DNA of 47,135 nt from a virus. Lineage: Duplodnaviria; Caudoviricetes. Under the pieces are notes generated by a model. It had not been told where the DNA came from. It was given only the letters and a program-made list of their open reading frames with translations, and ran no database searches. Every line of letters begins with the position of its first letter. Position 1 is the first letter of the stretch. Below are positions 19,641 through 29,265 of the stretch, piece by piece. Position numbers and translations under genes: made by a program. The DNA lies in the IMG/VR virus record IMGVR_UViG_3300024331_000046, positions 1 to 47,135 of that record. The stretch is one strand, 5' to 3'.

Positions 19641-20532
19641 GACGCTTAGCGCGGCCCTCGCCACCCACATCGCAACCCGTTCGCACACTCGCTGCAATAT
19701 GCTTCTGCTCGACCTAGTTGACGGTACGACCATCGGGATCACCGACCACGACAGTGATCTCATTTATGACATCGGCGACGGGGCTGAAACCTACAGCTCG
19801 GACACGGGCATCTTCACATCGAACGTCGCTCTGGCTTGCGGGCTTGAGGCCGACAACTACGAAGTCTCGGGCCCCATCAACGACACCTTCACGATTGCCG
19901 GTATTCTCGGGGGACGGTTCAACAACGCCCGCGCCCGCCTGTTCCAAGTGAACTGGAAGAACCTTGCGGACGGCGCGATCAAGCTGATGGCCGGCGATGT
20001 CCGGGAAGCGCGGATCGAGGGTGGCAAGTTCACGCTCGAAATCCGGTCGGATGTTGACCGCTACAACCAGACGGTCGGACGGACGATCACGAACCAATGC
20101 TGGAAGGACTTCGCGGACGGAGTGTTTTGCACGGCGACGGCGACAGAGATCGTCGGGACGGTGGTAGCGGTAAACGACGCGCTGCACATCCAGGTCAGTT
20201 ACACGGGGTCGTATGCCGATGATTTCTTCAACCTCGGCACGCTGATTGGGCTCACCGGAGCGAACGCGGGAACGACTGTCGAGATTGAGGACTGGGATCA
20301 GGTGAGTGCGGGCATTGCTAACTTAGTCCTGTTCTCTCCGCTCGCCGAAGAGCCGCCTTTGGGCGACACGTTCACCGTCCGCAATGGCTGCTCGAAGCTA
20401 CGGATGTCTGACGTGGTGGGCGTGCCGACATGCAAGACGTACAGCAATGTGCTGGAGTTTGGTGGATATCCCGAAGTTCCGGGATCGGACCAGGTTTTGA
20501 GGACTGCATTCCCGGGGCAGGGCAATGGCTAG
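19633..20532 (+). CDS. GTA-like baseplate hub protein (DUF2163/BR0599)
   Basis: GITDHDSDL, GRFNNA, conserved Cys (QC..C..GC..C..FGGYPEVPG). Confidence 0.88.
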   Translation: MSRTLSAALATHIATRSHTRCNMLLLDLVDGTTIGITDHDSDLIYDIGDGAETYSSDTGIFTSNVALACGLEADNYEVSGPINDTFTIAGILGGRFNNARARLFQVNWKNLADGAIKLMAGDVREARIEGGKFTLEIRSDVDRYNQTVGRTITNQCWKDFADGVFCTATATEIVGTVVAVNDALHIQVSYTGSYADDFFNLGTLIGLTGANAGTTVEIEDWDQVSAGIANLVLFSPLAEEPPLGDTFTVRNGCSKLRMSDVVGVPTCKTYSNVLEFGGYPEVPGSDQVLRTAFPGQGNG

Positions 20533-20950
20533 GGGTGATTTGGTCGCGGCCGAGTTACCGAAGTGGGACCGGACGCCGTTTCATCCTCACGCGAAGGCCA
20601 AGGGTGCCGGTTGCGATTGCAAGGGCCTGCTGTGGGGCGTGGCCGAGGAGTTGGGTTTCCCCGAGGCCCAGTCCGAATACGCCCGCGCGCTGGATTACAA
20701 CCTGTCGAAGCGAGACGGCGTTCCTGCCGAGCGATTGAGGGAGGGTTTCTCGAAGCTGTTCCGCAAGGTGGATACCCCAAGGCCCGGAGACATTCTCTTG
20801 TGCAGCTGGGACGGCAAGCCGGGCCACATCGCAATCTATGCCGGGAATGATCGAGCGTGGAGCTCGTTGCCGACCAGCGGAGTGAGGCAGCGGCCATTGA
20901 GGGTGCTGCTCCACCACTTTCCGCTGGATAGCATCTGGAGATGGAAATAA
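20525..20950 (+). CDS. NlpC/P60 family tail-associated peptidase
   Basis: TPFH..GAGCDCKGL, PGDILL, HIAIY. Confidence 0.85.
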   Translation: MARGDLVAAELPKWDRTPFHPHAKAKGAGCDCKGLLWGVAEELGFPEAQSEYARALDYNLSKRDGVPAERLREGFSKLFRKVDTPRPGDILLCSWDGKPGHIAIYAGNDRAWSSLPTSGVRQRPLRVLLHHFPLDSIWRWK

Positions 20951-23900
20951 ATGCCCATCCCCAAGCTAATCGTCGCGGTTGCCCTGACCGCCGCCCAGAT
21001 CGCCTTGGGCATGGCGCGGAAGATCAAGGGGCCGCGGCTCGAAGACTTATCCGTATCGCTGGCGGACTATGGAACGCCGATACCGCGCTTCTGGGGCAAG
21101 CGTCGCCTCCAACCTCAAATCATCTGGGCCGAGCATCTGCGCGAAAAGAAGACCACATCGAAGACCAAGGGCGGCAAGTTTCAGGAATACAAATATTACG
21201 GCACTTGGGCGATGCTCATTTGCGACCACGAGATCGATTCCGTCTCGCGGATATGGCTCGACAAGCACCTCGTTTATGATCGGACGACGACCGGACCTAT
21301 TTCAATCGGATCATTCTTCGCCAATCGCGATGGTGTCAAGCTACGGCAGGGTAAGAACTATCGCGTATATGACGGGACGCAGACGGTCCCCGATCCGAGG
21401 ATGGAGGATTGGTGCGAGGATCGGTACGGAGCCGATACATGCCCAGCTTACACCGGGTCCGCTTACATTGTCTTCGAGGAAGTGCCGCTTGAGAAATTCG
21501 GCAACCGCATTCCTCAGGTTACAGTTGAGGCGATCAACAACGAGGTCGATAACTTCCCCTATGAGGTGATCGACCTTGAGGGGCCGTTTGCTAGTCCGCA
21601 ATTCTCGACGGACGGCGTGACAGTCTACAATCTTAGCGTTTCCGAATTTCAGAAGATCGACGTTCCGACACGCTCGGTTCTCGGCGCCAATTTCTTGCAG
21701 ACTGCGGGTGCCGGTCCTTACGCGGTCACGCCGAACGGGCTTTTCGCGACCAACGGCCTTGGAACGGCCATCTACTTCATCACGTTCGACGGCTTCTCGA
21801 CCGACACGGGGGTTGTGACCGCAGGGTGGAGCGGGGTCCACTATGCGGGGGGCAAAATCCTGCTTTCCCCTGGCAGCTTTGTCGGGATGTCGGTTGGCGT
21901 TTACGCTGGCGGCACGACGCTTACTGCCGTATCTACGAACCACCTTCCGAGCCACTTCTTCACGAGTACGGAAGGGGACGCAATCGGGGTCGGGACGACC
22001 TCGGGCAACGTGCTTTCGATTGGCCCGGCCCTCGGCTCGGCGACGCTGAACGATACTAGTGCGTACAGCACCTCGGGAGAGGCTTTCGGATTCGACTCCG
22101 GTGCCAATTACATCGTGCTTCAGGACGATCACCTGTTCCTGATTGACAAGATTACATATACGATCGTCAGTGCAGTTTCGGGGGTTTCGACGACAATTCC
22201 GTGGAGTACGTTCCAAGCTATCCCTGCGGGGGCGGACACGTTCTGGGTCGGGCGTTCGGAATACAAGTCAAGCGACCTCTCGACCATCAGGACGATTGAT
22301 CCCACCGACTGGGCGGTTCCGGGCGGCTTGGGCGAGGTCGGTTCTCCGCTCTATGACGCAGTAAATCATGCCCTGCTTAGCGGGACCACATCGCTCGATC
22401 CGAAATTGATCGTTCGCTATCTTGATCGCATCGATTCCGATGGCGTCCAGCTCAAGGAAGTGGTTGACGACGTTTCGGGCTGGTGCGGGCTGACGACACA
22501 GGACTCGACCGCCCTAACCCAAACCGTACTCGGATATTCAGTTACTCAAGGCACGGGCAAGGACATGCTTGCGCCCCTGCTGGACATCCACGATGTCGAT
22601 CCGCGGCCTCACGACTTCTCGATCCAGTTCGTCAATCGCGGGGCGTCTGCTTCGGGGACACTTCTGACAGCGGATTTCGTCAAGAACGATCCACGCTATT
22701 CGATCACGGTCCAGCAGGACACGGACCTTCCCCGAAGGCTGACCTACAACTTCGCCGACGAGGGCAAGGATCAACAGACCAATACCGTTATCTCCCAACG
22801 TCCGTTGGATGCGACGGACTCGACCCGCGAAGAGACGATTGATCTTTCCACTTATGTCGATACCCCGGACGGAGCTCAACAGAAGGCCGACCGCTACTTC
22901 CGGCGCCTGTGGAATAGCCGGGAGCGGCCGAAGAACGCGCTGACCCATCAGGCGCTGGCTCTTGAGCCGGCCGATGTGACGACACTGAATCTGGATGGAG
23001 TGACCCGCCACGTTCGGCTTGAGAAGCTAACCATCACCCCGACCACCGTGGAATGTGAATGGGTCCGGGACGAGGTTACGCTGTCTCTGCTCAACGGCCG
23101 TACGGGCGGGACGATGGACGGCCGCGATCCGGAGACGCTTTACATCCCCGGTCCTACGAAGGGTTTCATTCTCGACGCTCCGCTGGTCCAGGACGCAGAC
23201 AACGACGTTAACCCGATCCTCTACTATGCGGCCGGGGGCTACACCCCGACATGGCCGGGAGCCGCCATTTACCGCGGCGACGACGGGACGTTCGACGACT
23301 TGTACGGATATGTCGAAAGCACGTCCGGCGCGACCTTCGGCATGGCGACGGAAGTTCTGGACACTGCCGATCCTAACCTGTGGGATCGAGGGAACACGGT
23401 CGAGGTCCAGGTCTACGGGATGCTGACCAACGCGACGGAAGCCGAGATTAACGAAGACCCGACGCTGAACCTTTGCGCCCTCGGCGATGACGATCGCTGG
23501 GAATATCTCAACTTCACCACGGCCACCCTCACGGGAACAAGTGGACTAGCGAACGTCTATACGCTCTCGGGCTTCAAGCGAGGGCGCAGGGGCACCGAGG
23601 GCAACGTCGGCAACCATGCGGAGGGAGATCAGTTCCTCGTCCTCTCTGCCGCGGTTCCGACCGAGATTGGAACCGACGAGATCGGCAACAACATGGCGTT
23701 CAAGGCGCAGACGCCGGGACGGAATGTGGACGGGGCGACGGAGATCGACCTGACTTACGACGGCAATTCGCTGAAGCCTTACGCCCCCGCTCGATTGAAG
23801 ACTTATTATGACGGCACCGATCTTCAATGCACGATCATCCGCCGCACTCGGGTCGGCGGGGCGTGGACGGGCGGCTCGACAATCCCGCTGGCCGAAAACT

Positions 23901-24091
23901 CGGAAGACTATGAGGTGGACGTTTACAATGGATCGACGCTCAAGCGGACGATCACGGTAAGCGACGCCAACACGTTCACCTATACCTCGGCGATGGCGGC
24001 TGCGGACGGGATCACCCTCCCGGCTCTTCCGACGTTCAATGTCTATCAGATGAGCGACACAGCGGGCCGCGGCTTCGCCCTCGCAGCATAA
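20951..24091 (+). CDS. tail tip / host specificity protein (GTA megatron-like)
   Basis: YGTPIPRFWG, PAYTGSAYIVFE..LEKFGNRIP, RGRRGTE, PLAE..EDYEVD. Confidence 0.88.
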   Translation: MPIPKLIVAVALTAAQIALGMARKIKGPRLEDLSVSLADYGTPIPRFWGKRRLQPQIIWAEHLREKKTTSKTKGGKFQEYKYYGTWAMLICDHEIDSVSRIWLDKHLVYDRTTTGPISIGSFFANRDGVKLRQGKNYRVYDGTQTVPDPRMEDWCEDRYGADTCPAYTGSAYIVFEEVPLEKFGNRIPQVTVEAINNEVDNFPYEVIDLEGPFASPQFSTDGVTVYNLSVSEFQKIDVPTRSVLGANFLQTAGAGPYAVTPNGLFATNGLGTAIYFITFDGFSTDTGVVTAGWSGVHYAGGKILLSPGSFVGMSVGVYAGGTTLTAVSTNHLPSHFFTSTEGDAIGVGTTSGNVLSIGPALGSATLNDTSAYSTSGEAFGFDSGANYIVLQDDHLFLIDKITYTIVSAVSGVSTTIPWSTFQAIPAGADTFWVGRSEYKSSDLSTIRTIDPTDWAVPGGLGEVGSPLYDAVNHALLSGTTSLDPKLIVRYLDRIDSDGVQLKEVVDDVSGWCGLTTQDSTALTQTVLGYSVTQGTGKDMLAPLLDIHDVDPRPHDFSIQFVNRGASASGTLLTADFVKNDPRYSITVQQDTDLPRRLTYNFADEGKDQQTNTVISQRPLDATDSTREETIDLSTYVDTPDGAQQKADRYFRRLWNSRERPKNALTHQALALEPADVTTLNLDGVTRHVRLEKLTITPTTVECEWVRDEVTLSLLNGRTGGTMDGRDPETLYIPGPTKGFILDAPLVQDADNDVNPILYYAAGGYTPTWPGAAIYRGDDGTFDDLYGYVESTSGATFGMATEVLDTADPNLWDRGNTVEVQVYGMLTNATEAEINEDPTLNLCALGDDDRWEYLNFTTATLTGTSGLANVYTLSGFKRGRRGTEGNVGNHAEGDQFLVLSAAVPTEIGTDEIGNNMAFKAQTPGRNVDGATEIDLTYDGNSLKPYAPARLKTYYDGTDLQCTIIRRTRVGGAWTGGSTIPLAENSEDYEVDVYNGSTLKRTITVSDANTFTYTSAMAAADGITLPALPTFNVYQMSDTAGRGFALAA

Positions 24092-24100
24092 GGAAACTGC

Positions 24101-24934
24101 ATGACGACTACGCCACGCGGCTCGCCCGAGCTCGCGCTCTCACAGTCCGTGCCTGAAACGACTGTCAATGAGCAGATCAGGCGTACCGAGGGCGGCGCTG
24201 GGCGTTATCCGATTGCTGATCGGGTGACGGCACCGCCGGGATCGTGTGTCGATGGCGCCCAATACATCATCATCTCCACCGCCACGGGGGCGTTCACGGG
24301 CAAGGAAAAGCAGATCGCGCAGGCGGTCGGGATCAATGCCTCGAATGGGTGGAATTATCGAGTTCTCGGAACGCTTGACGAGGGCGTTGTCGGCTACGTC
24401 CAAGACGAGGACGTTGAGTATCGCTGGAGCGGGACCGCCTGGGGTGCGCTTAGCTCGGGAGGCGGAGATGTCGTCGGTCCAAGCTCTGCGGTAGACAATC
24501 ACGTTGCCGTTTTCGACGGGGCCACCGGCAAGCTGATTAAGGATGGCGGCGTTGTGCTGTTCGCCAACGGGGCGAACGTCACTCCCGCAGCAGCGCCAGC
24601 GACTACCGCAGTCGGCTACCTTGGATGTCCACAGAACACGCAAAACGGCACCTACACCACCGTCATGGGTGACGCCGGCAAGCACATCTACCACACGTCC
24701 GGATCGGCGCATACTTGGACGATCGATAGCAACGCCAACGTAGCCTACCCAATCGGGACCATTCTCACCTTTATCAACGAGAATGGTGGGGGTGTTGTCA
24801 CTCTGGCGATCACGTCCGACACGCTGCGCTGGGGGTCTTCGACCGGTTCGCGTTCATTGGCAGCAAACGGGACGGCGACCGCGATCAAGGTTGCCTCGAC
24901 GACTTGGCGCCTGACCGGGGACGGCATCACTTGA
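24101..24934 (+). CDS. tail fibre / DUF2793-like protein
   Basis: Q..PETTVNE, TAPP...GAQYII...ATGAF N-terminus; fibre-like C-terminus. Confidence 0.7.
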   Translation: MTTTPRGSPELALSQSVPETTVNEQIRRTEGGAGRYPIADRVTAPPGSCVDGAQYIIISTATGAFTGKEKQIAQAVGINASNGWNYRVLGTLDEGVVGYVQDEDVEYRWSGTAWGALSSGGGDVVGPSSAVDNHVAVFDGATGKLIKDGGVVLFANGANVTPAAAPATTAVGYLGCPQNTQNGTYTTVMGDAGKHIYHTSGSAHTWTIDSNANVAYPIGTILTFINENGGGVVTLAITSDTLRWGSSTGSRSLAANGTATAIKVASTTWRLTGDGIT

Positions 24935-25662
24935 GCGGCGCGCTTACGCGAATGCTGGGACGGTCAGCGGCAGCGGGCGCCGCCTTCGATCCGGCATCCC
25001 TGTTCACGGGCGGAGTCGCTGGAGCCTTTTACGATATCTCGGACATTAACACGCTATGGAAGGACACTGCGGGAACGTCGCCAGTTACGGCGGACGGCGA
25101 TATCGTTAAGCGCGTGGACGACAAATCGGGCAACGGTAACCACCTCACCGAGGCAACCAACGGCCCGACCTACAAAGTGTCCGGCGGCGTGAAGTGGCTG
25201 GAGTTCGACGGTAGCAATGACAAGCTTCGCGCTACTTTCACGATGGGGACCACCTGGGACCGAGTTTCCGCCGTTCGGGTCACTGGAGGCTCGTTCCCTA
25301 AGCAGATGTTCGGTGGCGTTACGGCCAACGAGTGCCTCTATGTCGACGGCGCTGTTGGACTGACGATGTTCAACGGGTCGGCGAATGGTCCCGACGCGGC
25401 AACGTCGGCCGGGACTGATTACGTCTTTACAGAACGGTGGGCGGCAACCTGTCAGCTTGCCAAGGACAACAATTCGTATGACTCGACTCCGACAATCGCT
25501 GCGGTAAATCCGGGGGGCCTGACGCTGGCCGCAAGCAGTTCGAGCGGAGACTTTTTAGGCTACCGCTTTCACGGCATGGTGATGATAAACGCCGCCCAGT
25601 CAGGGGGTGATATCGCATCCCTGCGGACGTTCATGGCCGCGCTGCAAGGAAGGTCGCTTTGA
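24931..25662 (+). CDS. putative receptor-binding/lectin-like tail protein
   Basis: FDPASLF...DISD..TL..DTAG..PVTADG...DKSGNGNH, FDGSND; TTG start overlapping upstream stop. Confidence 0.6.
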   Translation: MSGALTRMLGRSAAAGAAFDPASLFTGGVAGAFYDISDINTLWKDTAGTSPVTADGDIVKRVDDKSGNGNHLTEATNGPTYKVSGGVKWLEFDGSNDKLRATFTMGTTWDRVSAVRVTGGSFPKQMFGGVTANECLYVDGAVGLTMFNGSANGPDAATSAGTDYVFTERWAATCQLAKDNNSYDSTPTIAAVNPGGLTLAASSSSGDFLGYRFHGMVMINAAQSGGDIASLRTFMAALQGRSL

Positions 25663-25686
25663 GGGCGGAGCCGAAGCCCCGCCCTC
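25661..25686 (-). terminator. stable C(UUCG)G hairpin 3' of the pilin genes
   Basis: Minus-strand RNA GAGGGCGGGGC-UUCG-GCUCCGCCCUC; no clear U-tract. Confidence 0.55.
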
Positions 25687-25695
25687 GGTAAGCAA

Positions 25696-25884
25696 TTACG
25701 GGCAGTCAGTAGCGGTCGCGGACGAGCCGGCGCTGATGCAATTCGAGGCTTTCTTCATTGAGTTACTGATGGTGCCTCCGAGAGTAACAGCGGCGAGCGC
25801 AATAGCGCCGCCGATGATTGCCAGGATAAGCGCATACTCGGCCGCAGAGGCGCCCGATTCATCGCGCAGCAGTTTGATAAGCAT
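25696..25884 (-). CDS. flp: Flp/Fap (Tad, type IVb/c) pilin, copy 2
   Basis: RDESG|ASAAEYALI cleavage/Flp motif, hydrophobic helix, RBS AAGGAG. Confidence 0.92.
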   Translation of the reverse strand: MLIKLLRDESGASAAEYALILAIIGGAIALAAVTLGGTISNSMKKASNCISAGSSATATDCP

Positions 25885-25895
25885 TGCCGGTCTCC

Positions 25896-26090
25896 TTACG
25901 GGCAGTCGGTCGCGGTGGCCGACGAACCCTTGGAAATGCAGTTGGCCGCCTTCTTCATGCTATTGCTGATCGTTCCGCCAAGCGTCACGGCAGCAAGGGC
26001 GATTGCCCCGCCGACAATGGCGAGGATGAGCGCATATTCAGCGGCCGAGGCCCCGGAATCGTCGCTCAAGAGGTTAAGAAATGTCTTCAT
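25896..26090 (-). CDS. flp: Flp/Fap (Tad, type IVb/c) pilin, copy 1
   Basis: SDDSG|ASAAEYALI motif; RBS GGAAGGA upstream of ATG at 26090. Confidence 0.92.
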   Translation of the reverse strand: MKTFLNLLSDDSGASAAEYALILAIVGGAIALAAVTLGGTISNSMKKAANCISKGSSATATDCP

Positions 26091-26169
26091 GAAAACCATC
26101 CTTCCCAAGATGGTCGGCGAGCTAAGCTGTTGAGAATCGGCCCCCCGACGAGGCTAGGGGTGAACTTTC

Positions 26170-26185
26170 GTTAACGGGGAGTCAA
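26170..26185 (-). promoter_or_regulatory. CtrA-box-like motif upstream of the pilins
   Basis: Minus strand TTGA-CTCCCCG-TTAAC, one mismatch from TTAA-N7-TTAAC; extra GTTAAC at 26194-26199. Confidence 0.45.
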
Positions 26186-26194
26186 CCGGGGAGG

Positions 26195-26455
26195 TTAACG
26201 AGCCGTCCTGAATCGAGACAGGCGACGGTGAACGAACCGTAGCGCGAAGACCAGGCCAACCATCGGAATAGCGAAGGCCACGAACGTCACGAGGATCACG
26301 ACGGCCATGGTGCCGGGCGGATAGTCGCCGATGCTCACCAGCTCGGGCAGCAGCCGATCATTCCAGAAGGGGATCAGCGACCTTCCCACGATTACGAAGC
26401 GCCAGAGCTCGAAGGCCAGGAAGGCGACAGCAGCAACTTTGATCCAGCGCTTCAC
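26195..26455 (-). CDS. small two-TM membrane protein
   Basis: GTG start with GGAGG RBS; two hydrophobic segments. Confidence 0.6.
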   Translation of the reverse strand: MKRWIKVAAVAFLAFELWRFVIVGRSLIPFWNDRLLPELVSIGDYPPGTMAVVILVTFVAFAIPMVGLVFALRFVHRRLSRFRTAR

Positions 26456-26611
26456 AGGCCCTCCATTCGGGCCGCGCCGGCAGGGGAATGGTACCAGCCC
26501 TGCCAACGCGGCCCCTTGAGCAACCCGCAGCCGTGAAATCGGGAAGGCGGCGCGAGGTTGAGACATCATAAGCGCCGTTAAACAAACGTTCAACCCAGAA
26601 GGAGAAGCGCG

Positions 26612-26740
26612 ATGCAGCAAGAACCTGACCAGAAACCCGCCGTGCCCCCGGCCGACCCGCCGGCCGACGCGCCGGGGCAGGATAAGCCATCACCGCAGGA
26701 CGGTGGCTCCGGCGACCCTCCCCCGCCGCCGAAGCACTAA
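26612..26740 (+). CDS. 42-aa Pro-rich peptide (not in ORF track)
   Basis: RBS GAAGGAG; MQQEPDQKPAVPPADPPADAPGQDKPSPQDGGSGDPPPPPKH*; next ATG 1 nt after the stop. Confidence 0.6.
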   Translation: MQQEPDQKPAVPPADPPADAPGQDKPSPQDGGSGDPPPPPKH

Positions 26741-26741
26741 A

Positions 26742-27317
26742 ATGTCTACCCCGCATCTCATCATGTGGGTGATAGTCGCGCTCGTTGGGTTCCCGGCTGC
26801 GGTCAGGAACCCAACGGCGCTAGGGCTAGTGTGCGCCTGGCTTGCAGGCGAGATCACATGGCTGGCGACAGGCAACAACCTTCCTTTGTCCGTCTACATC
26901 GTGGCCGACATTGCCGTGATGACGGTGATCTTCGCCAAAGCGATCGTTCGCGCAGGGCCGAAACTTTATCCGACAATCTGGCTCCAGCTTAAATGCATGT
27001 TCCTCGATCTCACCGTATGGGATCGGTTTATCGCTGGGCTATTCCTGTTCGGGGCATGGCCGGTCTATGCCAGCGGCATCCATCCTTATTACCAATGGTG
27101 GGCGCTCTACTACATCACGATCGGCCAATTCATCTTCGCGACCATGGAGCCGTTAGTGAACCGGCATCTCCGCCGCAAAGCCAAGCGGCATGGCGAACAG
27201 AACAACGTCCTCCATTTTGCTCCAGCCTACAGCAGACGAGTTAAGCGTTACTTCGGTGCCGAACCGCCGCCCTCGCATTCGGTCGAGCAGCATTCGAGGG
27301 CCGAGGGCCATGGGTAA
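26742..27317 (+). CDS. multi-pass membrane protein
   Basis: About five hydrophobic segments. Confidence 0.7.
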   Translation: MSTPHLIMWVIVALVGFPAAVRNPTALGLVCAWLAGEITWLATGNNLPLSVYIVADIAVMTVIFAKAIVRAGPKLYPTIWLQLKCMFLDLTVWDRFIAGLFLFGAWPVYASGIHPYYQWWALYYITIGQFIFATMEPLVNRHLRRKAKRHGEQNNVLHFAPAYSRRVKRYFGAEPPPSHSVEQHSRAEGHG

Positions 27318-27714
27318 TGGCCTTAGCCAACTCCTCATCCCGGTTGCGGTCGCGGTCAACACTTCCGCCGTCCTCTTGCTCGTCGTCCGCATGTGGAACG
27401 GAGCCCCGGCGATGTTCGCCCAGTGGATCGCATACAAGCGCGCCAAGTCGGAGGAAAAATCCGCAGACTGGGGCCGCATTCGCCACGAGCGCGACGTTGC
27501 CACCGAGGCGGCCAAGGTTGCCCGCGAAGAAATCGACATGTTGCGGGACAAGCTGGCCGAGCGCGACCAGCGTATCGCCATGCTGATAGGCGAAAACGCC
27601 CGGCTCCAAGGAATCCAGCAGGGCTTTGGAGAATGGCGCAATATCCAGACTGTCTTGGAGGCCGCCAAGCGGCTGGCCGATAACGGCAAGCAAGGCAGCG
27701 GGGACGGCGAATGA
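27310..27714 (+). CDS. N-terminal TM plus coiled-coil protein (holin/antiholin-like)
   Basis: Hydrophobic N-terminus, charged coiled coil, near lysis genes. Confidence 0.55.
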   Translation: MGNGLSQLLIPVAVAVNTSAVLLLVVRMWNGAPAMFAQWIAYKRAKSEEKSADWGRIRHERDVATEAAKVAREEIDMLRDKLAERDQRIAMLIGENARLQGIQQGFGEWRNIQTVLEAAKRLADNGKQGSGDGE

Positions 27715-28031
27715 TCCCCCTCTTCCTCCTCCCGCTGGCCGTAGCACCCCTCACCGACGCCGAGATGATCGAGCGCATTCCCCTGCCGCCAATCCGGTTC
27801 CGGGGCGATGTGACCCTTATCGTGCATTTCGTGGAGCCATCGAAGCTCTACGCCTTGTGCGGGAGGGCTGTCGAAGTCGGCAAGACCTTGCTGGGGTGCG
27901 CTAGCGTCGGCGGACAGGAGATGTGGGTCTCCAATTCGTGCCTGTCGCTTGAGCAGCTTTACGCGAAAGAGCTCTGTCATGAGGCAGCTCACGCTCAGCC
28001 TCATGGCTGGCCAGCGGATCACGGGCCATGA
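27711..28031 (+). CDS. small exported protein with HExxH motif
   Basis: Hydrophobic N-terminus; LCHEAAH. Confidence 0.55.
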   Translation: MIPLFLLPLAVAPLTDAEMIERIPLPPIRFRGDVTLIVHFVEPSKLYALCGRAVEVGKTLLGCASVGGQEMWVSNSCLSLEQLYAKELCHEAAHAQPHGWPADHGP

Positions 28032-28561
28032 GCGACATCGTTCCTCGGCCGGACCCGACCGTCCTCACGACCGAGGCCCTTCACCGAGAGATCGCGGCGC
28101 TTCGAGAAGCGGTTAGCGGCGAAGCACTGGCGGCGCGCGAGCTTGTCGAGGAGCAGTTCAGGGGCGTTCAAACGCAGTTCGACTTGATCGAGCGCGCGAA
28201 CGAAAAGCTGGGCGTAGCCGATAAGACAGCGCTCGCCGCCGCCCTTGAGGCACAGAAGGCGGCAGCCGCTCAAGCGCACGCGTCATTGGTGGCCGCGATT
28301 GAAAAAATGGAAAGCGGCTTCACCAAGCAGATCGACGGTGTTGCCGCTAAAATCGTGTCGTCTGTCGCGACAATCGGCGGCTCACTCGACGATCTTCGCG
28401 GCCGTCTGGATCGCGGCGAGGGCACCGTCACCGGCAGCGACAAGACGAAGAGCGACAGCCGCTCCAATGTCGGGATGATCGTCGGCATCGTCATGGCGGC
28501 TTTCGGCTTCCTGTCGCTGCTCATCACGATTGCCGTATTCGCCATGAGGTTCGGGTCATGA
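28028..28561 (+). CDS. coiled-coil protein with C-terminal TM (holin-like)
   Basis: Coiled coil followed by a hydrophobic tail; directly before the lysozyme stub. Confidence 0.6.
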   Translation: MSDIVPRPDPTVLTTEALHREIAALREAVSGEALAARELVEEQFRGVQTQFDLIERANEKLGVADKTALAAALEAQKAAAAQAHASLVAAIEKMESGFTKQIDGVAAKIVSSVATIGGSLDDLRGRLDRGEGTVTGSDKTKSDSRSNVGMIVGIVMAAFGFLSLLITIAVFAMRFGS

Positions 28562-28614
28562 CCCGCCGCATCAACGCCGCTGGCCTCGCGCTTATCAAGG
28601 AGTTCGAGGGCTTA
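28558..28614 (+). pseudogene. N-terminal stub of a GH24 phage lysozyme
   Basis: MTRRINAAGLALIKEFEGL is the canonical GH24 start; similarity ends where the opposite-strand HNH ORF stops. Confidence 0.75.
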
Positions 28615-29265
28615 TACGAAGCGCCCGCCAGAATCTCGGACGCGCCGGACGCGGGGCTTTCTATACGGCGCCGTCGCCGCTTCCTCAACCGACCATCCAT
28701 CAAAGACGCGCTGGTTAAAGGTGCGAGCAGGAATCCCGTTGTCTTTCGCTACCAAAGGCGCAGGGCGGCCGTCAGGCATCTTGCGGACGAAACGCCGATT
28801 GTTCGACTGAACGGTGGCGTCTGCCCAAGTGCAATTGCCCGGCTCATATCCTCCGTTCACATCCTCGCGTTCGATAGACAGGTCTTTGCGGTAGCCGTTG
28901 GCGAGAGCCCAATCGCGGAACGGCTCAAAGCTGCTCCATTGCTGGCAGACACAGATACCGCGACCTCCGTAGTTAGGATCGCCGCTGTTGCATCTGGCCT
29001 GGATCAGCTTCCAGATGTTGTAGAGCCGCGTCCCGGACGCTCCGTGCCTACGATTTTTCGCGCCGGTTATCTCCGCTCGCAAGCACCCGCACGATTTCGA
29101 TTTCCCTTGGCGGAGATCGGCACCCATCACCACCGCCGTTCTTCCGCAATCGCAGCGGCAAAGCCAAAGCGCTCCGCCACGGGGCGCATTCCCCGCCTGC
29201 CGCAGCACCATCCAGCGTTCGAAGCGCTTTCCGGCAAGGTCGATGAGGCGAGCGTTTTTAGCCAT
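28612..29265 (-). CDS. HNH-type homing endonuclease-like protein
   Basis: DLAGKRFER, WLCRCDCG, SKSCGC, YGGRGI.VC..W, SIEREDVNGGYEPGNCTWA. Confidence 0.8.
   Translation of the reverse strand: MAKNARLIDLAGKRFERWMVLRQAGNAPRGGALWLCRCDCGRTAVVMGADLRQGKSKSCGCLRAEITGAKNRRHGASGTRLYNIWKLIQARCNSGDPNYGGRGICVCQQWSSFEPFRDWALANGYRKDLSIEREDVNGGYEPGNCTWADATVQSNNRRFVRKMPDGRPAPLVAKDNGIPARTFNQRVFDGWSVEEAATAPYRKPRVRRVRDSGGRFV

Noticed and set aside
19269-24091. Gene transfer agent cluster
   Set aside because: The GTA-like tail tip module is common in alphaproteobacterial siphoviruses, and integrase, repressor, replication and lysis genes show this is a phage.
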